In this document: piece by piece, positions 1-8,471 of the stretch
Position numbering within the stretch: position 1 is the stretch's first letter
Layout of the letters: each line of letters opens with the position of its first letter
Assembly: GCA_963842085.1 (NCBI GenBank)
Contig: CAWJET010000001.1
Span: 416,001-480,000, forward strand
Direction of reading: 5' to 3'
DNA length: 64,000 bases
DNA from: an uncultured delta proteobacterium
GTDB lineage: Bacteria > Desulfobacterota > Binatia > Binatales > Binataceae
Notes under the pieces: model-generated
Database searches by the model: none
What the model saw: the letters and a program-made list of their open reading frames with translations, nothing else
What the model was told of the DNA's origin: nothing
Program-made: the position numbers and the translations under genes

Positions 1-1362
1 GCGCTGACAGCTCCGATGCTCGACGACTCTGCACTCAACGTTTCGTTTGAGTACGGCCTCGACACGGTACCGACGATCGTCCTCGCGGACGCGCACGGCC
101 GCGAGCAACGCCGCTTCGTCGGCTTCGGACGCGACGACTGGCGCGAGATGTTCGCCGAGTTGTCGCGACAGTCGGGCTTGCCCTCGCCCACTGTCGATTG
201 GAATTCATACCCGGACTCGCGGCCGGGATGCGGTTCCAGGTCGGTCGAGCCGGGAATCGCGGAACGCCTGGAAGCACACGCGCGCGGCGACAAGCTGACC
301 GCGCGTCTAATCGAACTGGGCGACGCCGAGGATGTATTCGAATTCATGTTCGAGCGCGGGTTGACCGACGGTTTGCCCGTGGTGCCGCCGACGCCCGAGC
401 GCGTGATGTGGATGCTGACGGGAACGCGGCGCGATCCGCGCGAGGTGATCGCGACGGTGCCGCCCAACCTGGCGCCGGTGACGGTCGAGAAAGTCGCGGT
501 CAACGCCGTGATGGCAGGATGCAAGCCCGAGTATCTGCCGGTTGTGATCGCAGCGCTCGAAGCGGTGTGCACCGACGAGTTCAACATCCACGGCATCATG
601 TCCACGACTTGGGGCGCGACGCCGGTGATCGTGGTGAACGGTCCGATTCGCCATCGTCTCGGCATGAACATGGGCATGATGGCGCTTGGTTACGGCACGC
701 GGTCCAACGCAACCATCGGGCGCGCGCTGAAGCTCGTGTTGCGCAACGTCGGCGGCGCGCGGCCCGGCGAGATCGAGCGCGCGACGCTCGGCGCGCCAGG
801 CAAGTTCACGACCTGCTTCGCCGAATGGGAGGAGCGCAGTCCGTGGGAGCCGCTGCACGTCGAGCGCGGGTTCAACAAGGACCAAGACGTCGTGACCGTG
901 TTCGGACTCGAGGCGGGCTCGCGCCAGATTGCCGATCAAACTTCGCGGACGGCGCGCGCGCTGGCCGGCAGTCTCGGCATGGGGCTGGAAGCATGCTGGC
1001 ATCCCAAGCAGCACGGCGCCGGCGAGATTCTGCTGATCATTTCGCCCGAGCATGCCGACACTATTGCGCGCGAGAAATGGGGCAAGGCGCAGGTGCGCGC
1101 GCGCATCCAGGAAGTGACCTCGCGGCCTCTGCGCGAGCTAATTCGCGACGACGAAAGCGGCGAAGGAATTCCGCTGAGCGCGCTCGGCATTGTGACTGAA
1201 GAGCAGCTTGCGCAGAGGATTGCGAAGTTCCGCCGGCCGGAGGATATCAATATCATCGTGGCTGGCGGCAACGCGGGAAAATTCTCGGCGGTGTTCGCCG
1301 GATGGGTCTCGGGGCCGATGGGCTCGTCCAGCGTCAGCCGGCGAATCGAGGAGGCGATATGA
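1..1362 (+). CDS. Thioredoxin-like domain fused to UGSC-associated domain protein (5' partial)
   Basis: Frame is open to the window edge. Trx C-terminal signature (YGLDTVPTIV...FVGF), then GCGS and the conserved GLTDGLPVVPPTPERV / AVNAVMAGCKPEYLPV / NATIGRAL domain. Stop overlaps the next ATG (ATGA). Confidence 0.8.
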   Translation, partial: ALTAPMLDDSALNVSFEYGLDTVPTIVLADAHGREQRRFVGFGRDDWREMFAELSRQSGLPSPTVDWNSYPDSRPGCGSRSVEPGIAERLEAHARGDKLTARLIELGDAEDVFEFMFERGLTDGLPVVPPTPERVMWMLTGTRRDPREVIATVPPNLAPVTVEKVAVNAVMAGCKPEYLPVVIAALEAVCTDEFNIHGIMSTTWGATPVIVVNGPIRHRLGMNMGMMALGYGTRSNATIGRALKLVLRNVGGARPGEIERATLGAPGKFTTCFAEWEERSPWEPLHVERGFNKDQDVVTVFGLEAGSRQIADQTSRTARALAGSLGMGLEACWHPKQHGAGEILLIISPEHADTIAREKWGKAQVRARIQEVTSRPLRELIRDDESGEGIPLSALGIVTEEQLAQRIAKFRRPEDINIIVAGGNAGKFSAVFAGWVSGPMGSSSVSRRIEEAI

Positions 1363-1880
1363 AACAGGTGATTATCGATCCGACCGACGAGCGCGTGCCG
1401 ATTCGGCGCATGCTGGCTGCCCGCTCTGACTCGATTGTCGGGCGCGTGGCGCTGCTCGACATCGCCAAGCCGCGCGGCGGCGTGCTGATCGATCGGCTCG
1501 CCGAGCATTTGCAGGACCGCCTGCCGGGCGTCGAGATCAAGCGCTTTCGCAAGCCAACCTTCACCAAGCCGGCGCCCGACGAGTTGCGCCGCCGGATCGC
1601 GCAGGAGAGCGACTTCGTTATCGAAGCGCTCGCCGATTGAGGCTCGTGCACAACGTGCAGTGTGCACGACTCCGTATGGTTCGAGACGAATAAGAAGCCC
1701 GCGGTCGTAATCGCGTCGAGCGAGTTCGTTGACGCCGCGCAGAAGCAGGCCGAGGCGCTGGGATTGCCGGAGCTGCGCCGCGTTTTCGTGGCGCATCCGA
1801 TCCAGGACGCGACCGACGAGCAGATGCGCGCGAAGGCCGACGCGATCGTCAACGACGTGATCGCGGCGCTGAAGCGATAA
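1359..1880 (+). CDS. UGSC-family selenoprotein (TGA 1638-1640 read as Sec), 173 aa
   Basis: ORF-track pieces 1302-1640 and 1662-1880 are one frame: ...IEALAD-TGA-GSCTTCSVHD... gives a U-G-S-C motif. GAGGAGG RBS before ATG 1359. Confidence 0.88.
1644..1669 (+). promoter_or_regulatory. Candidate bacterial SECIS hairpin
   Basis: Perfect 9-bp stem TCGTGCACA (1644-1652) / TGTGCACGA (1661-1669) with G-containing loop ACGTGCAG, 3 nt after the in-frame TGA. Confidence 0.7.
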
Positions 1881-2008
1881 GCTATCTGATCAACGTCGAG
1901 ATCGAGTCGGCGACGTCGGTGACCATCCTGCCTGTCGCCGATAAGGTTCCGGCCGCGGGTCACTTTTGCCGCCGCTGGCCCGATGCACAATCGTTCCTTC
2001 TCTATTTA

Positions 2009-2061
2009 ACCTCTTCCTGTCCGGGGAGAGGTCGGCGCGACTCCTAATCCGCCGGGAGAGG
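2009..2061. repeat. REP-like palindromic element, copy 1
   Basis: ACCTCTTCC..GGGGAGAGGT hairpin, CGGCG..CGCCG hairpin and GGAGAGG tail; same architecture as 19874 and 31197. Confidence 0.55.
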
Positions 2062-2150
2062 TTCAACGCTTGAGCGGGCGGGTTTATTTGGCGGCGCGCG
2101 CGTGATGAAATCTCTGACTGGATTGAAGGTCGTCGCGGGGAATCATTCGC

Positions 2151-3266
2151 GTGGAATCGGAAAATATTCGGCGGGATGAGCCGCCTGAAGTGCGCGATCC
2201 AAGGCTGGTGACGTCCGCAGTCATGCTCGACCCACCGCCAAGCCGGATACTGGTCAAGGAAGTTAACTGGCTGGGCGATGTCGTCATGAGCCTGCCGGCG
2301 CTGCGGGCGATTCGGCGCGCGTGGCCGCGTGCTCATCTTGCGGTGCTCGTCAAGAAGGAACTGGCCAGCTTCTTTGATGGCGCCCGATGGCTCGACGAGG
2401 TGATCCCGTACTCGGTTGGGCGCGGGCTTTCGGGGTTTTTCGATCGGCGCAGGATTGTCGGCGAGATCCGCTCGCGGCGATTTGACCTGGGCGTGTTGTT
2501 TCCCAACAGTTTCGAGTCGGCGTTGTGGATCGCGATGGCGGGAATCCGGCGGCGCGCTGGGTTTGTGGCCGATGCGCGCGGCACAATGCTGACGCTGAAG
2601 GCGTCGCCGCCGCCCGAAGCGGTTACCGGGCACCAGGTGAACTACTGGCTCGCGATGGTGCGCGCGACGGGCGTGGCCGATGGCAGCGCCGACGATTTTG
2701 CGATCGACGTGCACGGACCGTATCGCGAGCGGATGCGCGAATGGCTGGCGGCGAATCGCAAGCGTCCCGGCCGTCCCGTTTTTGCGATCGCTCCCGCGGC
2801 GGCGTTCGGACCGGCCAAAGAATGGCCGGCGGACAGCTACGGCGCGCTGATCGATTTGCTCGCGCGTCGCGATGACGCCGAAGTGGTGCTGGTGGGCGCG
2901 CCGGCGGAGCGCGCGAAGTGCGAGGAAGTCGCGGTGGCGAGCAAGGCGGGCGCGATACTCGCCGTCGGACACACCAATATCGGCGAGCTGATCGCACTGT
3001 TGTCTTTGTGCGACGGATTTATCGGGAACGATTCGGGATGCATGCATATTGCGGGAGCGCTCGGAATTCCGACCGTTGCGATTTTCGGATCGACCAATCC
3101 GCGTCGGACGGGGCCGCTGGGACCGAAGACACGCGTGATTTACCGCAAGCTCGAATGCAGCCCATGCCTGGCGCACACCTGCCGTTTCGGTCATTACAAC
3201 TGCCTGACGCAAATCGAACCGGCAGAGCTGGCCGACGCGATGATCGCGATGCGCGCGCCGCGTTGA
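2151..3266 (+). CDS. waaF: Lipopolysaccharide heptosyltransferase II (GT9)
   Basis: NWLGDVVMSLPAL, PAAAFGPAKEWP, IGNDSGCMHIAGALG and CSPC...C..GHYNCL motifs. Start could be ATG 2223. Confidence 0.9.
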   Translation: MESENIRRDEPPEVRDPRLVTSAVMLDPPPSRILVKEVNWLGDVVMSLPALRAIRRAWPRAHLAVLVKKELASFFDGARWLDEVIPYSVGRGLSGFFDRRRIVGEIRSRRFDLGVLFPNSFESALWIAMAGIRRRAGFVADARGTMLTLKASPPPEAVTGHQVNYWLAMVRATGVADGSADDFAIDVHGPYRERMREWLAANRKRPGRPVFAIAPAAAFGPAKEWPADSYGALIDLLARRDDAEVVLVGAPAERAKCEEVAVASKAGAILAVGHTNIGELIALLSLCDGFIGNDSGCMHIAGALGIPTVAIFGSTNPRRTGPLGPKTRVIYRKLECSPCLAHTCRFGHYNCLTQIEPAELADAMIAMRAPR

Positions 3267-3316
3267 AGACTGACCACTGAAACAACTCTCGCCGACAGGA
3301 AACCCGGGGCATCAAG

Positions 3317-4336
3317 ATGAAACTCAAGGAACTCGCATCGAAGCTGGGACTCGAAACTCGCGGTGACGGCGGTGTGGAGATTTTCGCGCCGGCACCGATC
3401 GAGGCGGCCGGTCCCGGCATGATCGTTTTCGTCGCGAGCGCGAAGTACGCGCCGGCGCTGCAATCCAACGTGTCGGCGGCAATCACGACGGCGGAGCTGG
3501 CGGCGGGCGCGAAGTGCGCGACCCTGATCAGCGCGAATCCCTACGCGGACTTCGCGCGCGTGCTCGAAATTTTTTTCCCAGCGTACCGGCCCGCGCCGGG
3601 AATCGACCCGCGGGCTTCGATCGCACCCGACGCAAAGATCGGTGCGGACGCGTCGATTGGCTCGTCGGCGGTGATCGGCGCAGGCGTTACGCTCGGGCGC
3701 GACGCGGTGATTCACCCGAACGTGACGATTTATCCGGGCGTGCGCATCGGCGATCGCTTCACCGCGCACAGCGGCGTGTCGATTCGCGAGGGCACGGTGA
3801 TCGGGGACCGCGTGACCATTTTGAACGGCGCGGTGATCGGCGCCGACGGCTTCGGCTTCGTCGAGGAGAACGGCGACTTGATCAAAATTCCGCAAGTCGG
3901 CAGCGTAATCCTCGAGGACGATGTGGAGATCGGCGCGAATTCTACCGTCGATCGCGCGATGATGGGCGCGACGGTACTGCATCGCGGCGTGAAGCTCGAC
4001 GACCAGGTGCATATCGGGCACAACTGCGAAATCGGCGAGTACTCGCGATTTTCGGGACACACCGGAATCTCCGGCTCGACCCGGATCGGCAAATGGTGCC
4101 TGTTCGGCGGACAGGTCGGATGCGCCGACCATGTGACGATCGGCGATCGCGTCATGGTGGTGGCGAAGGCCGGCATCCACAACGACCTGAAGGACGACGC
4201 AATCGTCTCGGGCATCCCTGCCGTGGACGTGCGCAAGTTCCGCCGCTACGCGGTCGTGCTGACGCGGCTGCCGGAAATTATCCGGCGCGTGCGCGCGCTG
4301 GAGAGTCGCATCGGCATCGGCGGCAACGAGGCGTAA
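3317..4336 (+). CDS. lpxD: UDP-3-O-acyl-glucosamine N-acyltransferase
   Basis: Hexapeptide repeats; IGADGFGF, KIPQVGSV, IGANSTVDR and KLDDQVHIGHNC motifs. Confidence 0.95.
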   Translation: MKLKELASKLGLETRGDGGVEIFAPAPIEAAGPGMIVFVASAKYAPALQSNVSAAITTAELAAGAKCATLISANPYADFARVLEIFFPAYRPAPGIDPRASIAPDAKIGADASIGSSAVIGAGVTLGRDAVIHPNVTIYPGVRIGDRFTAHSGVSIREGTVIGDRVTILNGAVIGADGFGFVEENGDLIKIPQVGSVILEDDVEIGANSTVDRAMMGATVLHRGVKLDDQVHIGHNCEIGEYSRFSGHTGISGSTRIGKWCLFGGQVGCADHVTIGDRVMVVAKAGIHNDLKDDAIVSGIPAVDVRKFRRYAVVLTRLPEIIRRVRALESRIGIGGNEA

Positions 4337-4362
4337 GTTCTGGCGGCGGCGGTGGTGGTGAA

Positions 4363-4584
4363 ATGCGCACCCGGCGACAATCAGTTGTAACGATTGCGTT
4401 GGCAGCGGCGGCTGCGATCTTTTGTTCGGGATGTCCCGCGCTGATGATTCCGGGTCTCGCGTACTCGGGCTACAAGTATGAGCATGACAAGAACCAGCCC
4501 GCCGCAAGCGCATCGAGTACGCAAAGCAACAAGTCCACGACCTCGTCGCAGCAGCAAAAGATTCCCGACAGCGAAATCGAGTAG
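4363..4584 (+). CDS. Small putative lipoprotein
   Basis: Basic N-terminus, hydrophobic stretch, lipobox-like CSGC and Ser/Gln-rich tail; fills the lpxD-alkA gap. Confidence 0.65.
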   Translation: MRTRRQSVVTIALAAAAAIFCSGCPALMIPGLAYSGYKYEHDKNQPAASASSTQSNKSTTSSQQQKIPDSEIE

Positions 4585-4602
4585 CGTGTTCCGCGGTGGC
4601 GT

Positions 4603-5547
4603 GTGCCAGAGCTGACGTTCGCACTTCGGCCGCATCCACCGTTCAGGCTCGACCTGACGGTGTGGGCGCTACGCCGGCGAGCGCACAACGTGGTCGATCG
4701 ATTTGACGGCGGCGTCTGGTCGCGTGTGTTGGTGATCGGCAAGTCACCGGTGGCGGTCGCGGTAAGGCAGACACGGCGCGGCACGCGTCCGGAAATCGAA
4801 GTGCGGATCTCAGCCGCGCGACCGGATGGAGTGAAGTCGGAAGTGGCCGCGCTCATGACGAAGATGCTCGGGCTGGAGCGCGACCTGTCGGACTTCTACC
4901 GGCTCGCGCGCGGCGATGCGCGGTTGCGGGAGTTGGCGGACCGATTGCGGGGCATGAAACCGGTGCGCTACGCCACGGTGTTCGAGGCGTTCGCGAATGC
5001 GGTCGCGTGCCAGCTCGTTTCGCTGAGCGCCGGAATGCATGTGCTGAACCGGCTCGCCGAGGCCTACGGAATTCCCGGCGAGGCCGATGGCGCGGCGCCG
5101 CCGCTGCGATCGTTCCCGGCCGCCGCCGCGATTGCGCGCTCGAACCCTGATTCGCTGCGCGCGCTCGGGCTGAGCAGGCAGAAAGGGGAATACCTGATCG
5201 GACTCGCGCGCCTGGCGATCGATCGGAAGGACCGCGACTTCGCGTCGATCGCGCGGCTCGGTGACGCCGATGCTGTCGCGCGCCTCTCCGCGATTCGCGG
5301 CGTGGGGCGCTGGACCGCGGAGTACGTGATGCTGCGGGGCTTCGGGCGGATCAATATTTTCCCGGGCGACGACGTTGGCGGCCGCAACAGACTGTTCGAA
5401 TGGCTCGGCGCGCGCGGCAAGCCGACGTACGACGGCGTCGGCAGGATGCTCGAGCGGTGGCATCCGTACGGAGGACTCATCTATCTTCATCTGATTGTGA
5501 ACGCAGTCGCCGAGGGCGGGCATCTCGCGCAGTCAGCGGCGCTGTAA
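4603..5547 (+). CDS. alkA: DNA-3-methyladenine glycosylase II (AlkA family)
   Basis: HhH motif LSAIRGVGRWTAEYVMLRG, FPGDD catalytic Asp and C-terminal WHPY. Confidence 0.85.
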   Translation: MPELTFALRPHPPFRLDLTVWALRRRAHNVVDRFDGGVWSRVLVIGKSPVAVAVRQTRRGTRPEIEVRISAARPDGVKSEVAALMTKMLGLERDLSDFYRLARGDARLRELADRLRGMKPVRYATVFEAFANAVACQLVSLSAGMHVLNRLAEAYGIPGEADGAAPPLRSFPAAAAIARSNPDSLRALGLSRQKGEYLIGLARLAIDRKDRDFASIARLGDADAVARLSAIRGVGRWTAEYVMLRGFGRINIFPGDDVGGRNRLFEWLGARGKPTYDGVGRMLERWHPYGGLIYLHLIVNAVAEGGHLAQSAAL

Positions 5548-5561
5548 GTGGAGGATTGCGG

Positions 5562-5954
5562 GTGCTCGCGTATTTCCTGATTGCGATCGGCAGCGCGCTC
5601 GGCGGGATGGGGCGCTACTTTTTTTCGGGCGTGATCGCCACGCTCACCGGCGGCACGTTTCCGTACGGCACGATGTTCGTGAATGTCACGGGCTGCGCGC
5701 TGATCGGTTTTTTCGCGACATTGACCGGCCCCGACGGGCGTTTGCTCGTCGGCACGCCGGCGCGGCAATTCGTGATGGTTGGAATCTGCGGCGGCTACAC
5801 GACGTTCTCGAGTTTCTCGCTCGAGACGCTTTCCCTGATGCGCGCGGGCGAGTGGATGCCGGCCGCAATGAACGCCGCCGGTTCGGTTATCCTCTGCGTC
5901 CTGTCAGTATCGGTCGGGTATATCGCCGCGACTGCGCTTAATCGAGGGGTGTAG
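5562..5954 (+). CDS. crcB: Fluoride channel CrcB/Fluc
   Basis: GSALGGMGRY, FPYGTMFVNVTG and GICGGYTTFSSFSLE motifs; GGAGG RBS before GTG 5562. Confidence 0.93.
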   Translation: MLAYFLIAIGSALGGMGRYFFSGVIATLTGGTFPYGTMFVNVTGCALIGFFATLTGPDGRLLVGTPARQFVMVGICGGYTTFSSFSLETLSLMRAGEWMPAAMNAAGSVILCVLSVSVGYIAATALNRGV

Positions 5955-5956
5955 CA

Positions 5957-6301
5957 ATGCAAATCCCACGCGATGCGGTGTTGCTGAGAATTTTTATTGG
6001 CGAGAGCGAACGCTCGGACCACAAGCCGCTCTACGAAGCGATCGTGCTGAAGGCGCGCGAACTTCAGCTTGGAGGCGCGACGGTGTTGCGCGGTCCGATG
6101 GGCTTCGGCAGGTCGAGCCATCTGCATTCGGCAAAAATCCTGCGGCTGTCGGAGGACCTGCCCATGATCATCGAGATCGTCGACAGCGAGGCGAAGATCG
6201 ACGCGTTCTTACCCGTGCTCGACCAGATGATGGGCTCGGGACTGATCACGGTCGAGAAGGTGCAGGTACTGCAGTACGGCGAGGGCAAACCGAAAACTTG
6301 A
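5957..6301 (+). CDS. DUF190 (PII-like) protein
   Basis: LLRIFIGE, GATVLRGPMGFG and LSEDLPMIIEIVD motifs; usual crcB neighbour. Confidence 0.9.
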   Translation: MQIPRDAVLLRIFIGESERSDHKPLYEAIVLKARELQLGGATVLRGPMGFGRSSHLHSAKILRLSEDLPMIIEIVDSEAKIDAFLPVLDQMMGSGLITVEKVQVLQYGEGKPKT

Positions 6302-6316
6302 GCGAGGAGCAGACCA

Positions 6317-6718
6317 GTGGAAAAAAAGTACATCAATCCGGATACGTTGATGACCCCGCGCGGCTTTACCCAGGTCGTGACGGTCGCGGGGCCGGCGAAG
6401 CTGGTATTCATTTCGGGCCAGGTCTCGGTTGACAAGGAAGGCAAGTTGGTAGGGCCGGGCGACCTGAAAGCGCAGATTCGCCAGGCGGCCGCGAACCTGA
6501 AGGCCGCGCTGGCGGCTGCAGGAGCCACCGCCGCCGACATAGTGAAGACCAATACTTACATCGTTAACTACCAGCAGTCTGACTACTCCGCGATGCGCGA
6601 GGCGCGCGCCGAATTGTTCCCCGAAGGGGAGCCGCCCGCCTCGACGCTGGTGGGCGTGACGTCGCTCGCGGTCGCGGGACTGATGGTCGAAATGGAAGCG
6701 ATCGCGGCGGTGCAGTAA
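6317..6718 (+). CDS. RidA/YjgF/UK114 family protein
   Basis: VFISGQV, PPASTLVGVTSL and VEMEAIA motifs. Confidence 0.9.
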   Translation: MEKKYINPDTLMTPRGFTQVVTVAGPAKLVFISGQVSVDKEGKLVGPGDLKAQIRQAAANLKAALAAAGATAADIVKTNTYIVNYQQSDYSAMREARAELFPEGEPPASTLVGVTSLAVAGLMVEMEAIAAVQ

Positions 6719-6978
6719 GCGGCTGGGATGCCCGCCGAGTCGTGAAGCGCCTGCCGCAACCATCCGGAGGTTAGAATTAACTCCCGCCTGTCATCGTGTT
6801 ATAATTTCTTACAATTTGATTCGTTCGAGCGGTCATAGTAGACAGTAGTGTGCATCGGCAAAGCTGTCGGCGGCAGGGAGCTTGACTTGCGGCGGCGAGA
6901 TACCGGCAAATGATTGAGGAAATTATAATGGAAGCAGACGTGCAACCGCTCGTGGTATCTCATCGAGGGACGGGAACG

Positions 6979-8238
6979 ATGAACAGTATCGAGGAACAGT
7001 ATCGCGCAGCGACCGAAAAATCCGCGCAGCTCGCCAAGCGGGCCGAGCGGGTGATGCCCGGCGGGGACACGCGCACTACGACCTACTATCGGCCCTACCC
7101 GCTCACGCTCAAGCGCGGCGAAGGGCCTTTTTTGTGGGACGTTGACGGCAACAAGTACATCGACCTGCTCGGCAACTACACCAGCCTGGTTCACGGCAAC
7201 GCGTATCCGCCGATCGTCGAGGCGGTGACCAAGGCGGTGCGCGATGGCAGCTCGTGGCCGGCGCGCTCGGAGGCCCAGCTCGAGCTGGCGACGCTGTTGT
7301 GCGAGCGGGTCGCGTCTGTCGAGCGCGTGCGATTTTGCAATTCGGGGACGGAGGCCGGGATGCTCGCGGCGCACGTCGCGCGGCGCCTCACCGGCCGCAA
7401 GCTCATCCTGATGGCGCGCTACGGCTATCATGGATCGTACGAGGATTTGGAAGTCGGGCTGGCCGGACAGGACGGCGAGCGCACGATGCTGGCGGACTTC
7501 GGCGAAGCGACGGCGTTCGAGGCGCTGCTGTCGGAGCGCGGCGCGGAAATCGCGGCGGTGTTCCTCGAGCCGGTGCTCGGCTCGGCGGGAATCGTGGAAC
7601 CGCCGGCGGGATTTCTCGAGCGCGTGGCCGAGGCGACGCACCGTGCCGGTGCGATGTTCGTCGTCGACGAGGTGATCACGCTGAGGCTGGCCGAAGGCGG
7701 CGGGCAGCAGATTTTCGACGTCAAGCCGGACCTGACGATGTTCGGGAAGATCATCGGCGGAGGGTTCCCGGTCGGAGCGATCGGCGGCAGCGAGGACGTG
7801 ATGTCGGCGTTCGATCCGCGCAATCGCGGCTCGATTTTTCATTCGGGCACGTTCAACGGCAATCCCGTCACCTGCGCGGCCGGCGCCGTGTCGATCCGCG
7901 AATTGACGCAGGCGCGAATCGACAAGATGGCCAAACAGGGCGAGCGGCTGGCAGCCGAGCTGGCGCGCGCGGCGCGGCAGGTGGAACTGCCGTTTTCCGT
8001 GCGGCACTACGGCTCGCTGATGAACGTGTTTTTTCTCAAAGAGCCGCCGCCCGCGACGATCGCCCGCGACGACGCGCGCGCGGTCGCCAATTTCCATCTG
8101 GCGGCGCTCAATCAGGGGCTGTTTCTCGCACCACGCGGCATGATTGCGCTCTCAACCGTGATCACCGACGACGTCCTGAGTGAGATTTGCGAGCGCGCGG
8201 CGAAGGCGATGGCCGACGTCGCGCAGGCCGGCGAGTAG
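6979..8238 (+). CDS. Class III PLP aminotransferase (glutamate-1-semialdehyde aminomutase-like)
   Basis: WDVDGNKYID, RFCNSGTEA, YHG, DEVIT, FGKIIGGGFP and HSGTFNGNP motifs. Confidence 0.88.
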   Translation: MNSIEEQYRAATEKSAQLAKRAERVMPGGDTRTTTYYRPYPLTLKRGEGPFLWDVDGNKYIDLLGNYTSLVHGNAYPPIVEAVTKAVRDGSSWPARSEAQLELATLLCERVASVERVRFCNSGTEAGMLAAHVARRLTGRKLILMARYGYHGSYEDLEVGLAGQDGERTMLADFGEATAFEALLSERGAEIAAVFLEPVLGSAGIVEPPAGFLERVAEATHRAGAMFVVDEVITLRLAEGGGQQIFDVKPDLTMFGKIIGGGFPVGAIGGSEDVMSAFDPRNRGSIFHSGTFNGNPVTCAAGAVSIRELTQARIDKMAKQGERLAAELARAARQVELPFSVRHYGSLMNVFFLKEPPPATIARDDARAVANFHLAALNQGLFLAPRGMIALSTVITDDVLSEICERAAKAMADVAQAGE

Positions 8239-8274
8239 CCGCAGCTTCGGCACGTAGCTTTCCTTAAGCAACAG

Positions 8275-8307
8275 GAACCCGCGTTATCATCGACGCGGGT
8301 TTCTTTT
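8275..8307 (+). terminator. Intrinsic terminator
   Basis: AACCCGCGT/ACGCGGGTT stem followed by TCTTTT, after the aminotransferase stop. Confidence 0.7.
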
Positions 8308-8381
8308 GCCGCTTCGGTTCATAGTCACGATTCACAATTGAACCGCGCGCGTCACAGCAAATTGATCGCGCCGCAAAACCT

Positions 8382-8415
8382 TCGTCATCGCGCCGTCACC
8401 TGCGCTGGCTAGTGT
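8382..8415 (+). promoter_or_regulatory. Pho-box-like promoter
   Basis: GTCAT (8384) and GTCAC (8395) at 11-bp period, then 10 bp to TAGTGT; a further in-phase GTCAC at 8351. Confidence 0.55.
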
Positions 8416-8471
8416 CGCACCTCTCGCGGATCGATTCGGTCCGCGCAAAAACCCAGGGAGGAATGCTCAGT

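Noticed and set aside
1302-1880. Two separate small ORFs, or a nonsense pseudogene
   Set aside because: Same frame, UGSC motif at the TGA and an adjacent hairpin favour one selenoprotein gene.
3514-4584. 356-aa ORF overlapping lpxD
   Set aside because: Arg-rich off-frame shadow; only the last 73 codons look like a real lipoprotein.
5400-5561. Fluoride riboswitch or N-terminal extension of crcB
   Set aside because: crcB starts 14 bp after alkA; no room and no riboswitch consensus seen.
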